This document shows, piece after piece, positions 18,967 to 28,199 of a stretch of 64,000 nucleotides of DNA. The position numbers and the translations under genes were made by a program. The DNA is from Malonomonas sp. Its GTDB lineage: Bacteria > Desulfobacterota > Desulfuromonadia > Desulfuromonadales > Geopsychrobacteraceae. Each line of letters begins with the position of its first letter. Within the stretch, counting starts at the first letter, position 1. The DNA lies in NCBI GenBank assembly GCA_036526255.1, contig DATCYW010000017.1, positions 8,675 through 72,674 on the forward strand, in the 5' to 3' direction. The notes beneath the pieces were generated by a model, which worked only from the letters and a program-made list of their open reading frames with translations, searched no databases and was not told the DNA's origin.

Positions 18967-21663
18967 TTATGACCTCTCTTGGTTGTCTGCAAAGGCTAGA
19001 TCGAGGATGCGCTGTTGCTGCAGTTTGTGAATCCGATGCGAGCCGACAGCGGTACTGGCGGAGCGGTTACGGCCAATATAAACCGGCTCGCGGCCGAGCA
19101 GTTCGGTCAGCTGCGGGCGCAGATGATCCCAGGCGCCGGCGTTGCCGATCTCTTCCTGAACCCAGTAGTATTCGACATCAGCACGGAAGGGGGCGATGAT
19201 CTCCTGCAGCAGTTCTGTGTGCAGGGGGTACATCTGCTCGACGCGGATGATGGCAACATCCTGCCGGCCAGTGTCCAGACGTTGCTGCAGCAGGTCGTAA
19301 TAGATTTTTCCGGAACAGAGCAGCACCCTTTCACAGTTGCTGGCGGTTACTGTGTCGGGGATGATTTCCTGAAAATGACCAGCGGTGAAGTCGTCCAGTT
19401 GCGAGACGCAGGCTGGATGGCGCAGCAGTGCCTTGGGGGTAAAAACAATCAGCGGGCGGCGATAGGCGGTATGCACCTGTCGACGCAGCAGGTGAAACAG
19501 TTGCGCCGGGGTGCTCGGGTTGACCGCCAGCAGGTTGTTGTCGGCGCAGAGTTGCAGGTAGCGCTCGATGCGGGCGCTGGAATGTTCTGGCCCCTGGCCT
19601 TCGTAGCCGTGTGGCAGGAACATGGCGAGGCCACTGGAGCGATCCCACTTGGCCATGCTGCTGGCGATAAACTGGTCGATGATCACCTGGGCGCCGTTGG
19701 CGAAGTCGCCGAACTGGGCTTCCCAGATGGTCAGATCGTTCGGCGTTTCCACCGAGTAGCCATACTCGAAACCAAGCACCGCGGCTTCGGAGAGCATGCT
19801 GTTGTAGGCGGTAAAGCTGCACCCGGAAGCTTTGGCCAAGTCGGCCAGCGGGGTGTGCTTTCTACCGGTGAGATTGTCGGTCAGGGTGGCATGGCGATGG
19901 TTGAAGGTGCCGCGCTGTGAGTCCTGCCCGGAGACGCGGATCGAGGTGCCTTCGCTGACCAGGCTGGCAAATGCCAGCGCTTCGCCGGTCCCCCAGTCGA
20001 CCTTTTCTCCGCTGTCGATGGCGTCGCGGCGTTTCTGTAGCAGGGTGGCAATTTTGCGGTGCGGGGTGAAGTCGGCGGGCAACCGGGTTGCCTCCGCAAT
20101 CAATTTGTTCAGCGTCTCTTGCTGCAGGCCGGTCTCGATCGGTTCAAAGCTGAATTTGCGCGAAATCTCGGACCATTTCTTCAGAAACCCTTCTTCGAGC
20201 TTCTGTGGAGGGAGTTGCAGGGCCGTTTCAAGCGCTTCATCGACTTGGCTGGCAATGGCGTCAAGTTCCGCCTCGTCGAACCCTTCGCTCAGCAGCTGGT
20301 TACGATAGATGTCGACGGTTGGTGTCTGGTTGCGGATCTTTTCGTACATCAGTGGCTGGGTGAAAAAGGGTTCGTCCCCTTCGTTGTGGCCGTGGCGGCG
20401 GTAGCAGATCACTTCAAGTACCACGTCTTTGCGGAATTGCTGGCGGAATTGCAGCGCGAGGTCGGCGGCCTGCAGCAGGGCTTCTGGGTCGTCGCCGTGG
20501 ACGTGGAAGATTGGTGCCATCAGCATTTTGGCGATATCGGTCGGATAGCAGGTCGAGCGGGCATCGACCGGCGCGGTGGTAAAGCCGATCTGATTGTTAA
20601 TAACCAAATGCAGGGTGCCGCCGGTTTTATACCCTTCAAGCTGCGACAGGTTCAGGGTTTCAGCGACGATCCCCTGTCCGGCGAAGGCGGCGTCGCCGTG
20701 GATAAGCAGCGGCATGACCAGCTGTTCGCCGTCGCCTTTTTGACGGTCCTGGCGGGCCCGGCATTTTCCTTCGACGACCGGATTGACGGCTTCCAGGTGG
20801 CTGGGGTTTGAGGCCAGCGAAATGTGCACGCAGCCGGTTTCAAAATAACGGTCGGTGGAGAAGCCCTTGTGATACTTCACATCCCCTTCTCCAACGATAT
20901 TAAAAGCTTCGTTGTCGGCAAATTCAGCAAAAATGTTTTCCAGCGGTTTTTTGAAGATGTTCGCCATAATGTTCAGGCGCCCGCGGTGGGCCATGCCGAT
21001 AATCACGTGCTCAAGGGCGAGTCCGGCAGATTGTTCCATGATATGATCGAGCAGCGGAATGACCGCTTCAGCTCCTTCGAGAGAGAAGCGTTTTTGGCCG
21101 ACAAATTTGCGGTGCAGAAAGGTTTCGAATTTGCTCGCCTGCTGCAGCATTTTCAGGGTCGAGAGTTTTTTGTTGCGAGAAAGGCCGGGCCGGTTGCGCG
21201 TTGCTTCCATCCGGTCCTGCAGCCATTTGCGTTCTTCAGGGATCGGGATGTGCATGAATTCGCTGCCCAGCGAGCGGCAGTAGGTTTGCTGCAGAATGGC
21301 GATAATCTCGCTGAGTGGCGCATGCGGCAAGATGAAATTGTCGACTGCGAATTCGCGCGGCAGGTCTTTATCGTCCAGGCCGAATTCTGACAGTTGCAGC
21401 CGCGGATGATCGAGTTCACAGGGACTCAGCGGGTCGACGCAGGCGTAGATGTGACCGATCTCACGATAGCGGCGTAGCAGTGATTGTACTGCGGCCGGTT
21501 TATAGTCGGGAGCCGTATTCGTGCGGTTGGCGCGGCTCTCCAGGCCGAGTTCGAAGCCCTGAAAGAAGCTGCGCCATTCGGCTGAAACCTGTTCAGGGTT
21601 CTGACTGTAGAGCTGGTATTGGGACTCAATCCACTGGGGGCTGATGTTTTCAGTTCGGGTCAT
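18967..21663 (-). CDS. sucA: 2-oxoglutarate dehydrogenase E1
   Basis: 'KRFSLEG', 'GMAHRGRLN', 'GDVKYH', 'HGDAAFAGQG', 'EAQFGDF', 'PHGYEGQGPEHSSAR'. Confidence 0.97.
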   Translation of the reverse strand: MTRTENISPQWIESQYQLYSQNPEQVSAEWRSFFQGFELGLESRANRTNTAPDYKPAAVQSLLRRYREIGHIYACVDPLSPCELDHPRLQLSEFGLDDKDLPREFAVDNFILPHAPLSEIIAILQQTYCRSLGSEFMHIPIPEERKWLQDRMEATRNRPGLSRNKKLSTLKMLQQASKFETFLHRKFVGQKRFSLEGAEAVIPLLDHIMEQSAGLALEHVIIGMAHRGRLNIMANIFKKPLENIFAEFADNEAFNIVGEGDVKYHKGFSTDRYFETGCVHISLASNPSHLEAVNPVVEGKCRARQDRQKGDGEQLVMPLLIHGDAAFAGQGIVAETLNLSQLEGYKTGGTLHLVINNQIGFTTAPVDARSTCYPTDIAKMLMAPIFHVHGDDPEALLQAADLALQFRQQFRKDVVLEVICYRRHGHNEGDEPFFTQPLMYEKIRNQTPTVDIYRNQLLSEGFDEAELDAIASQVDEALETALQLPPQKLEEGFLKKWSEISRKFSFEPIETGLQQETLNKLIAEATRLPADFTPHRKIATLLQKRRDAIDSGEKVDWGTGEALAFASLVSEGTSIRVSGQDSQRGTFNHRHATLTDNLTGRKHTPLADLAKASGCSFTAYNSMLSEAAVLGFEYGYSVETPNDLTIWEAQFGDFANGAQVIIDQFIASSMAKWDRSSGLAMFLPHGYEGQGPEHSSARIERYLQLCADNNLLAVNPSTPAQLFHLLRRQVHTAYRRPLIVFTPKALLRHPACVSQLDDFTAGHFQEIIPDTVTASNCERVLLCSGKIYYDLLQQRLDTGRQDVAIIRVEQMYPLHTELLQEIIAPFRADVEYYWVQEEIGNAGAWDHLRPQLTELLGREPVYIGRNRSASTAVGSHRIHKLQQQRILDLAFADNQERS

Positions 21664-21726
21664 GAGTTAGTTACCCTTCCGTGAGGCAAAAACAGAGCAT
21701 TCGTATTGCTTGCTGTAAACTTACAA

Positions 21727-21755
21727 AGTATAGAATAGCTGGCTATTTACCGCAA
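21727..21755 (-). promoter_or_regulatory. Sigma70-type promoter for the suc operon
   Basis: Minus strand TTGCGG-17 nt-TATACT. Confidence 0.6.
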
Positions 21756-21922
21756 TGACAGGGCTGAAAAAGTGGCATGGCAGCGATTTAATATGGTTAG
21801 TGAGTTCAAATAATTGGCTTGACTTCGACGCTTTCAGAGTGTTATCAAGGAGGCAGGCAAATGGATAAATCTACTTTTTCTCGCTGTCTGTTTGCTCAAT
21901 TTCGCTAGGAAAGGAGTTGTTT

Positions 21923-22111
21923 ATGTCAATGGAAATTACCAGCTCTACTATGGTCGGCCAGGAAATCGCATTAAATAAAGCGCAAGCCGGGTACGACGTT
22001 CTCACGAAAACGATGGCAAAGACTGAGCAGCAGCAACCTGAGAACACCCAGCTGCGTGCAGAAATTGCTCAGCAGACCGGCAAAGGGCAGAATATCGACG
22101 TCAAAGCATAG
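21923..22111 (+). CDS. Small YjfB-like ('putative motility') protein, 62 aa
   Basis: AAGGAG RBS; 'VLTKTM' and C-terminal 'GKGQNIDVKA' resemble the YjfB family. Confidence 0.7.
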   Translation: MSMEITSSTMVGQEIALNKAQAGYDVLTKTMAKTEQQQPENTQLRAEIAQQTGKGQNIDVKA

Positions 22112-22205
22112 TCCGGTTATATAAAAGCCTATCTTCTTAAAAGCCCGTTTTAACTGCGTTGGTTCGTAGTTATCACGGGCTTTTTGTTTCCTTTTTTGCG
22201 TACGT

Positions 22206-23087
22206 TTAGTCTTTCGACTTCTCCTGGCTGGCGGCGAACTGCTCTTCGGCATGATAGGACGAGCGGACCAGCGGGCCGGATTCGACATGCTGAAAACCCA
22301 ACTCCCGGCCGATTTCTGCATAGGCGGAAAAGCGTTCCGGCGTGATGTAGTCTTGCACCGGATAGTGTTGAGTGCTGGGGGCTAGGTATTGCCCCAGCGT
22401 CAGGATACGACAATCCTGTGTGCGCAGATCCTTCATGGCCGCCACGAGTTCGGCTTCGGTTTCACCCATCCCCAACATCAACCCGGATTTGGTTATCAGT
22501 TCAGGCGTTTGCTGGCGTGCTTCGCGCAGCAACGCCAGCGACCGATGGTAATCGGCTCCCGGGCGAACTTCAGCATAGAGCCTTGGAACTGTCTCGATGT
22601 TGTGGCCAAGGATATCCGGTTGCGCGGCGGTAATTTTTTTGAGTGCCGACCAGTCGCCTTGCAGGTCTGGAATCAACAGTTCGACACGGCAATTTGGTGC
22701 CTGCTTCCTGAGCTCTGCGACCAGCGCGACAAACTGGCTGGCGCCACCATCGGCCAGATCGTCCCTGGTGACAGAGGTGATGACCGCATGCTGCAGGCCC
22801 AGTTCTGCAATGGCTTGAGCGACTTTGAACGGTTCCTGCGGATCGGGAGTCGCGAGGGCGCCGCTGGTGACATTGCAGAACTGGCAAAGCCGGCTGCAGT
22901 TGGTGCCGAGAATCATGAAGGTCGCGGTGCCTTTGCTCCAGCATTCACCCTGATTAGGGCAGGCTGCGCTGCGGCAGACCGAATTCAGGCCGTGTTGCCG
23001 ATGATAGCGGTCGATGCGCGAATAGTTTGCCCCGCCGGGGAAACGGACTTTAAGCCAGTCAGGTTTGCGTTTTGGTTGATCGCTCAT
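22206..23087 (-). CDS. lipA: Lipoyl synthase
   Basis: 'CRSAACPNQGEC' auxiliary cluster motif, 'CSRLCQFC' radical SAM motif, 'RSSY'. Confidence 0.97.
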   Translation of the reverse strand: MSDQPKRKPDWLKVRFPGGANYSRIDRYHRQHGLNSVCRSAACPNQGECWSKGTATFMILGTNCSRLCQFCNVTSGALATPDPQEPFKVAQAIAELGLQHAVITSVTRDDLADGGASQFVALVAELRKQAPNCRVELLIPDLQGDWSALKKITAAQPDILGHNIETVPRLYAEVRPGADYHRSLALLREARQQTPELITKSGLMLGMGETEAELVAAMKDLRTQDCRILTLGQYLAPSTQHYPVQDYITPERFSAYAEIGRELGFQHVESGPLVRSSYHAEEQFAASQEKSKD

Positions 23088-23127
23088 GGCTTTCGTCCTT
23101 TAATCGTTGGTCTCTGTCGTCAGAATA

Positions 23128-23174
23128 AAACATTCAGAGGCCGGAGCGCAACGCGCTCCGGCCTCTGAATGTTT
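23128..23174. repeat. Perfect 22-bp hairpin between rubredoxin and lipA
   Basis: AAACATTCAGAGGCCGGAGCGC-AAC-GCGCTCCGGCCTCTGAATGTTT. Confidence 0.85.
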
Positions 23175-23191
23175 GTTGCATTGGGCTCGAC

Positions 23192-23350
23192 TCAGGTCGG
23201 TTCAAAATTCGACTTGTCAACGCCGCAGAGCGGGCAGACCCAGTCGTCCGGGATATCTTCGAAGCTGGTACCTGGTGCGATGCCGCTATCGGGGTCGCCG
23301 ATTGCCGGGTCGTAAACATAATCACAAATGATGCAGCGGTACTTGTCCAT
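23192..23350 (-). CDS. Rubredoxin (52 aa; absent from the ORF track)
   Basis: Hand translation [52 protein letters not shown]; AAGGAGG RBS. Confidence 0.96.
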   Translation of the reverse strand: MDKYRCIICDYVYDPAIGDPDSGIAPGTSFEDIPDDWVCPLCGVDKSNFEPT

Positions 23351-23376
23351 TGGAGCCTCCTTGGAAAATTTGACCG

Positions 23377-23405
23377 AGTCTAGCAGGAACGGCTAAAGAT
23401 GACAA
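23377..23405 (-). promoter_or_regulatory. Sigma70-type promoter for rubredoxin
   Basis: Minus strand TTGTCA-17 nt-TAGACT. Confidence 0.65.
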
Positions 23406-23447
23406 GACTGGTTGGGAATCAGGTTTTCTCGTCAGCAACCAGAACTG

Positions 23448-24107
23448 TTAAATCATTTCCAGCAGCGCTTTGATGGTTTTTTCAATCCCGTCTGCGGCTT
23501 CGCTGATACTACCGGCGAGCATGTAGGCCGGGGTCGAAATGATTTTGTTCTGTTTGTCGATGACAAACTCTCTGACCGGGCAGTTGATGTGTTTGCTGCC
23601 CATCGCGGTCAATGCCTGGGCAGTTCCCTCGTCGGTGCCGATGGTCAATTGATGGGCCAGTTTGGTGTCACCGAGAACCTTTGAAACCAGCGCCGGGGCG
23701 ATGCAGATGGCCGCCAGGGGTTTCTTTGCGGCGACGACATCACGCACCAGGCGGGCAACTTCTGGATGAACGTCGCAGTCGGTGCCTTTAAAGGCAAAGT
23801 CGCAAAGATTTTTTGCTGCGCCGAAGCCGCCGGGGAGCACCAACGCGTCTATATCGGCTGCCTGAATTTTGGCGATGTCAGTAATTTTGCCGCGGGCGAT
23901 GCGTGCAGACTCTTCAAGGACATTGCGGATGGCGCCTTCGACGGGCTCGCCGGTCAGGTGATTAACGATTGCCTGTTCCATGTCGGGCGCCATGCAGACG
24001 CTTTCTGCGCCGGCCCGGTCGATAGCGAGCAGGGTAATCACCGCCTCATGGATTTCGCTTCCATCATAGACACCACAACCTGAAAGAATGACACCGATCT
24101 TTGCCAT
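23448..24107 (-). CDS. elbB: DJ-1/PfpI-family glyoxalase ElbB
   Basis: 'SGCGVYDGSEIHE', 'PGGFGAAKNL', 'ICIAP', 'STPAYM'. Confidence 0.95.
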   Translation of the reverse strand: MAKIGVILSGCGVYDGSEIHEAVITLLAIDRAGAESVCMAPDMEQAIVNHLTGEPVEGAIRNVLEESARIARGKITDIAKIQAADIDALVLPGGFGAAKNLCDFAFKGTDCDVHPEVARLVRDVVAAKKPLAAICIAPALVSKVLGDTKLAHQLTIGTDEGTAQALTAMGSKHINCPVREFVIDKQNKIISTPAYMLAGSISEAADGIEKTIKALLEMI

Positions 24108-24203
24108 GATAAGCCTCCTGATACGTGTATATGGTTAATCATCAGCCAAGTTTCAAGCATAGCAGACCGATAACCTCTGGCTATCGGAATAGTCTTTCCA
24201 AGG

Positions 24204-24797
24204 TCAGTTTCTGGTGTAGAGAACGGCAAGCCCGCGCGCGATTTTCGTCCCCAGAGCCTTGAGGCTGTGCTGCTCGTTGGAATCCCAGTAGACAGAGTCT
24301 CCAGGCTCCAGCTGGTACTTGTCGCTGCCGTGGCTCAGCTCAATCTGTCCTTCAAGTACGTAGAGAAATTCTTCGCCTGCATGCTGCACAAGGTGGGGCT
24401 CGCTGGTCAGGTTCGGATCGAACTCAATCAGAAAGGGTTCCATCTGTTTATGTTTTTTACCGTAGGCCAGCGAGTGGTACAGGTAGGGTTGTGGTGTTCC
24501 CCCCTGTTTCGGGCGGCGATTGAGTCGGTTCGCGCTGCCGGAGCGAACCACCAGGCACTTCTGGCTGCTGTCTTCCCCCTCAAAGAAGGTTTGCAGCTGA
24601 ACATTTAACGCTTTGGCAATCCGCAGCAAGGTCGCCAGGGGTGGGATCACCTGTTCGTTTTCTATCTGTGAGAGCAGCGGTTTGGAAAGCTCAGTCGCCT
24701 CAGAGAGATCCTGCAGGGTCATGCGCTGGTCCTGGCGGAGTTGGCGGATCTGGAGGCCAATCTGCAGTTCTTTTACTTCGGCTCTGAAATCATCCAT
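24204..24797 (-). CDS. XRE-family transcriptional regulator with C-terminal cupin
   Basis: HTH 'TLQDLSEATELSKPLLSQIEN...PPLATL'; cupin 'HAGEEFLYVLEG...GDSVYW'; start taken at ATG 24797. Confidence 0.92.
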   Translation of the reverse strand: MDDFRAEVKELQIGLQIRQLRQDQRMTLQDLSEATELSKPLLSQIENEQVIPPLATLLRIAKALNVQLQTFFEGEDSSQKCLVVRSGSANRLNRRPKQGGTPQPYLYHSLAYGKKHKQMEPFLIEFDPNLTSEPHLVQHAGEEFLYVLEGQIELSHGSDKYQLEPGDSVYWDSNEQHSLKALGTKIARGLAVLYTRN

Positions 24798-25015
24798 GGG
24801 GGGCCTTTCACAGTTGCCTTGACCCAGCGGGTCATTGGATAGCAAGTGTTGATCTGATCGAACAATTTTTAACGCTCATTAGCCGCTCAGTCAAGCCTTT
24901 AGGCCTTATCGGCGGTTGGTGGCGCTGCTTTATTATGCTAAAAAGAACAAACGGATACAGAGTGCTCCGTCTTTTTCCGGGAAAGAGTTTGTGTCTCGCC
25001 TGAAGGGTTAAAATT

Positions 25016-25744
25016 ATGACAGAGATCAGGGCGGTATTGTTCGATCTGGATGGAACTTTGTTACGGGTTCAGATGGCCGAATTTATCCCGCGTTATATTC
25101 ATGGTCTGGCAAAATACTGTGCTGATTATACGACGCCGAAAAAATTTGAGCAGGCGATGCTGTCCGCAATCCGCAGCCTGATTCGCTCTGTCGGCGATGG
25201 CGAAATAACCAATGAGCAGCGCCTTTTCAGCATTCTTCAGCAGCAGTTGGCTCTCCCGGAGACCACCTTGCGTCAGGCCCTGGAGTCGTACCGAAACGAC
25301 GGTCTTGAAGAGTTGCAGCCGCTGGTCAAGTCGATCCCTCTGGCAACCGCCATTGTTAATGACTGTCTGAGGCAGAATATTCCTCTGGTGCTGGCGACCA
25401 ATCCGGTGTTCCCCGAGTTCATGATCAGCGCCCGCCTGAAGTGGGCCGGCCTGGACGGTCTGCCGTTCGATCACCTGACCAGTTATGAAAACAGCTGCTA
25501 CTGCAAGCCGCAGCCGGGTTATTTCAAGGATATTGCCAGGCTGTTGGGGGTCGCGCCAGAACACTGCCTGATGGTCGGCAATGATACCCAGCACGATCTG
25601 GCGGCTGTCGCCGTCGGTATGCAGACCTATCTGGTCGATACTTGGGTTATTGAGCGGGAAGGAGCCAGTTGGCCCTGTGAACATCGCGGTGACCATCTGC
25701 AGTTACAGCAGTTTCTGCAGCAACGGCTTGCCGCCGTGGGTTAA
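25016..25744 (+). CDS. HAD-family hydrolase
   Basis: 'FDLDGTLL', 'ATNP', 'KP', 'MVGND'. Confidence 0.9.
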   Translation: MTEIRAVLFDLDGTLLRVQMAEFIPRYIHGLAKYCADYTTPKKFEQAMLSAIRSLIRSVGDGEITNEQRLFSILQQQLALPETTLRQALESYRNDGLEELQPLVKSIPLATAIVNDCLRQNIPLVLATNPVFPEFMISARLKWAGLDGLPFDHLTSYENSCYCKPQPGYFKDIARLLGVAPEHCLMVGNDTQHDLAAVAVGMQTYLVDTWVIEREGASWPCEHRGDHLQLQQFLQQRLAAVG

Positions 25745-25771
25745 GTCGCAATGCAAGGTGCGGAATAGATC

Positions 25772-25800
25772 TTGCTATTTTGAGGAAATGTTAATAAAAT
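25772..25800 (+). promoter_or_regulatory. Sigma70-type promoter for the hypothetical-rluD-pgeF operon
   Basis: TTGCTA-17 nt-TAAAAT. Confidence 0.65.
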
Positions 25801-25857
25801 CATAGGCCGCGTCGGTCGCTGGAACTGATGCGAATTTCTTGCAGGGATGGAGGCATT

Positions 25858-26127
25858 ATGGCAAGGCTGGTGGAGAATCCTGATCTCGCATTCCGGTTGG
25901 CGCGGGCGATTGTTTCAGATATTGCACTCTACAATCAGGATAAAGTCGCTGAAGGGATCAAGAATGATTCTATCTTTGATCTGATGGCTGAAGAACTGAA
26001 AGAGGGGCGCGAGCACTTCTACACCCGTGTAACCGCTGATCTGCCGCACCGCGACCACTTGTACGAGCGCGCCATCGTCGACGTGATGATCAAGCAGGCC
26101 GGTAAAATAGAAAGCACCATCTGGTAA
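25858..26127 (+). CDS. Hypothetical helical protein (89 aa) coupled to rluD
   Basis: GGAGG RBS before ATG 25858; 'RLARAIVSDIALYN'; its TAA abuts the rluD ATG. Confidence 0.8.
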   Translation: MARLVENPDLAFRLARAIVSDIALYNQDKVAEGIKNDSIFDLMAEELKEGREHFYTRVTADLPHRDHLYERAIVDVMIKQAGKIESTIW

Positions 26128-27123
26128 ATGGAGCCGTTTCAACAATTGCTCTTCCCCATGGACCACAGTCCGGTTCGGCTGGACAGTTTTCTGGCCGAGA
26201 GTCTGCCGGAGGTCAGCCGCTCGCAGTTGAAAAAGCTGATCGAAGCAAATCAGGTGCTGGTTGATGGGCGTCCGGCCAAGGCCGGGGTCAAGCTCAAGGG
26301 GGGGGAGCAGATTGGAGTCTCCCTGCCTGAACCTGAGCCGATCGATGCCATCCCTGAAGCCCTTCCGCTGTCTATCCTCTATGAAGACAAATACCTGATC
26401 GTCATTGACAAAGCGGCCGGAATGGTGGTACATCCCGCCGCCGGTCATGCGCGCGGTACCCTGGTCAATGCCTTGTTGCATCACTGTACCGATCTGGCCG
26501 GAATTGGCGGCGAACTGCGCCCGGGCATCGTCCATCGGATCGACAAGGATACCTCCGGGGTGATGGTCGCGACCAAGGATGACCAGAGCCATCAGTTTCT
26601 CGCTGCGCAGTTCAAGAAGCACAGCGTTAACCGGCGCTATCTCGCGCTGGTGCATGGGTTGATGAAAGAGCAGATCGGAACCATCGATCAGCCGATCGGC
26701 CGCCACCCCGTACAGCGGAAAAAAATCAGCAGCAATACCAAGCACGGAAAGCGGGCAGTCACCCACTGGAAGGTCCTCAGGCGCTATGACGCAGATCATC
26801 TGACGCTGGTCGAATTATCGCTGGAAACCGGCCGGACCCATCAGATCAGGGTTCATCTGTCCGAAATGGCGCATCCGCTGGTGGCTGACCCGCTCTACAC
26901 CAGCAGCACGCGAAAGAAAAATCTGGCTGACGCCAGGTTGCGAAAGTTGATCGACATGTTACCGGGGCAGGCACTGCATGCCCGGGATCTCGGCTTTGTC
27001 CATCCGGCAAGTCATGAGTCGATGGATTTTCGCAGCGAACTGCCGAGCGCGTTTCAGGCGATTATCGATTATCTCGAGCAAAAATATTCTGCGGCAGCTT
27101 CAGAGGCGCGGAAACAGTCTTAA
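26128..27123 (+). CDS. rluD: RluA-family pseudouridine synthase with S4 domain (RluD)
   Basis: 'RLDSFL...SRSQLKKLI', 'HRIDKDTSG', 'LETGRTHQIRVH', 'QALHA'. Confidence 0.93.
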   Translation: MEPFQQLLFPMDHSPVRLDSFLAESLPEVSRSQLKKLIEANQVLVDGRPAKAGVKLKGGEQIGVSLPEPEPIDAIPEALPLSILYEDKYLIVIDKAAGMVVHPAAGHARGTLVNALLHHCTDLAGIGGELRPGIVHRIDKDTSGVMVATKDDQSHQFLAAQFKKHSVNRRYLALVHGLMKEQIGTIDQPIGRHPVQRKKISSNTKHGKRAVTHWKVLRRYDADHLTLVELSLETGRTHQIRVHLSEMAHPLVADPLYTSSTRKKNLADARLRKLIDMLPGQALHARDLGFVHPASHESMDFRSELPSAFQAIIDYLEQKYSAAASEARKQS

Positions 27124-27134
27124 CAGGAGTCACA

Positions 27135-27926
27135 ATGAAACTCGTTCGTAAGGGGAAACTGACCTGTCTGCAGCCAGGCAATCTCGCTGCCGGGGTGGAC
27201 GCCGGATTCAGTACCCGCAATGGCGGCGTCAGCCGGGCGCCTTACAATTCGCTGAACCTTGGACTGAATACCGATGACCAGCTGGCGCAGGTTGAGGGGA
27301 ACCGTTCGACCTTTGCACGAACCTTCGATCTGGCTCCGCACCAGCTGTTGACGGTCAGGCAGGTCCACGGCAACGACCTGTTGCTGATCGATGAGCCGAA
27401 CCCGGATATCAGCCATTTTCTGTCCCTTGAGGTGGATGCCATTGTCACCAACCAGCCGGGAATCATGCTCGGCGTGCTGGTTGCCGACTGTTATCCGGTT
27501 TTGATCTGGCATGCGCAGCGGCAGGTGATCGCGGCCGTGCACGTCGGTTGGCGGGGCGCCGCCAACGGCATTCTGGCTAAGGTGATCAAGACCTTGACCA
27601 GTCATTTCGATTGCCCGGTCGAGGAGCTGCAGGCGGCAGTCGGCCCTGGCATCGGCGCCCACAAGTATGAAGTTGACCGGCCGGTTCGGGATGCTTTTCG
27701 TACCGGCAGCGGGTTCTGGCCGGAGATTTCCACCGAAGTCAAGTTGGGTCACTGGCAGCTCGACCTTTCCCTCAGCTGTCGTTTGCAGTTGGAAAAAGCC
27801 GGAATGGCGCCGTTGAATCTGGCGGTTGCCGCGCAGTGTACCTGCTGCCACCCCGAGCTGTTTTTCTCTTATCGGCGGGATCAGGGTGTGACCGGCAGGC
27901 AGATGGGTTACATCATGCTCCGTTAA
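27135..27926 (+). CDS. pgeF: Peptidoglycan editing factor / purine nucleoside phosphorylase PgeF (YfiH)
   Basis: 'FSTRNGGVS', 'SLNLG', 'QVHG', 'ADCYPV', 'HVGWRG', 'FFSYRR'; canonical position after rluD. Confidence 0.93.
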   Translation: MKLVRKGKLTCLQPGNLAAGVDAGFSTRNGGVSRAPYNSLNLGLNTDDQLAQVEGNRSTFARTFDLAPHQLLTVRQVHGNDLLLIDEPNPDISHFLSLEVDAIVTNQPGIMLGVLVADCYPVLIWHAQRQVIAAVHVGWRGAANGILAKVIKTLTSHFDCPVEELQAAVGPGIGAHKYEVDRPVRDAFRTGSGFWPEISTEVKLGHWQLDLSLSCRLQLEKAGMAPLNLAVAAQCTCCHPELFFSYRRDQGVTGRQMGYIMLR

Positions 27927-27937
27927 AAAATGGATGG

Positions 27938-27971
27938 AAAAGAGTCGGCACGCAGCCGGCTCTTTTTTTTT
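27938..27971 (+). terminator. Intrinsic terminator of the rluD-pgeF operon
   Basis: AAAAGAGTCGGC-ACGCA-GCCGGCTCTTTT plus a long T-run. Confidence 0.88.
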
Positions 27972-28134
27972 GCCAATTTAAGAAGATTTTTAAGCTGTTT
28001 GCGCAGAAAAAAGTAAACGACCTGAGATTTTTGTCACCATTTGTGTGCAAGGTTCAGATATTTGTCAGGTACTGCGGATAGAATTCACTCCAGTTACTGA
28101 AAAACCGGAGCGGGGTGCTAGTTTCGGAGGGGGG

Positions 28135-28178
28135 AAGCCCCCATCTTCCAACCGGAGGATGGGGGCTTTCAGTTTTTC
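28135..28178 (+). terminator. Second plus-oriented terminator with no annotated gene upstream
   Basis: AAGCCCCCATCTTCC-AACC-GGAGGATGGGGGCTT then TCAGTTTTTC; the U-rich tail is only on the plus strand. Confidence 0.6.
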
Positions 28179-28199
28179 AGGACCCAGTGCTTACGGGAT

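Noticed and set aside
16233-20811. Long plus-strand ORFs (506, 303, 301 and 250 aa)
   Set aside because: Codon-bias shadows of lpdA, sucB and sucA.
24846-24864. TGTTGATCT shared between the XRE upstream region and the purine ABC promoter, suggesting a common operator
   Set aside because: A 9-mer match between two regions of a few hundred bp on either strand is expected by chance.
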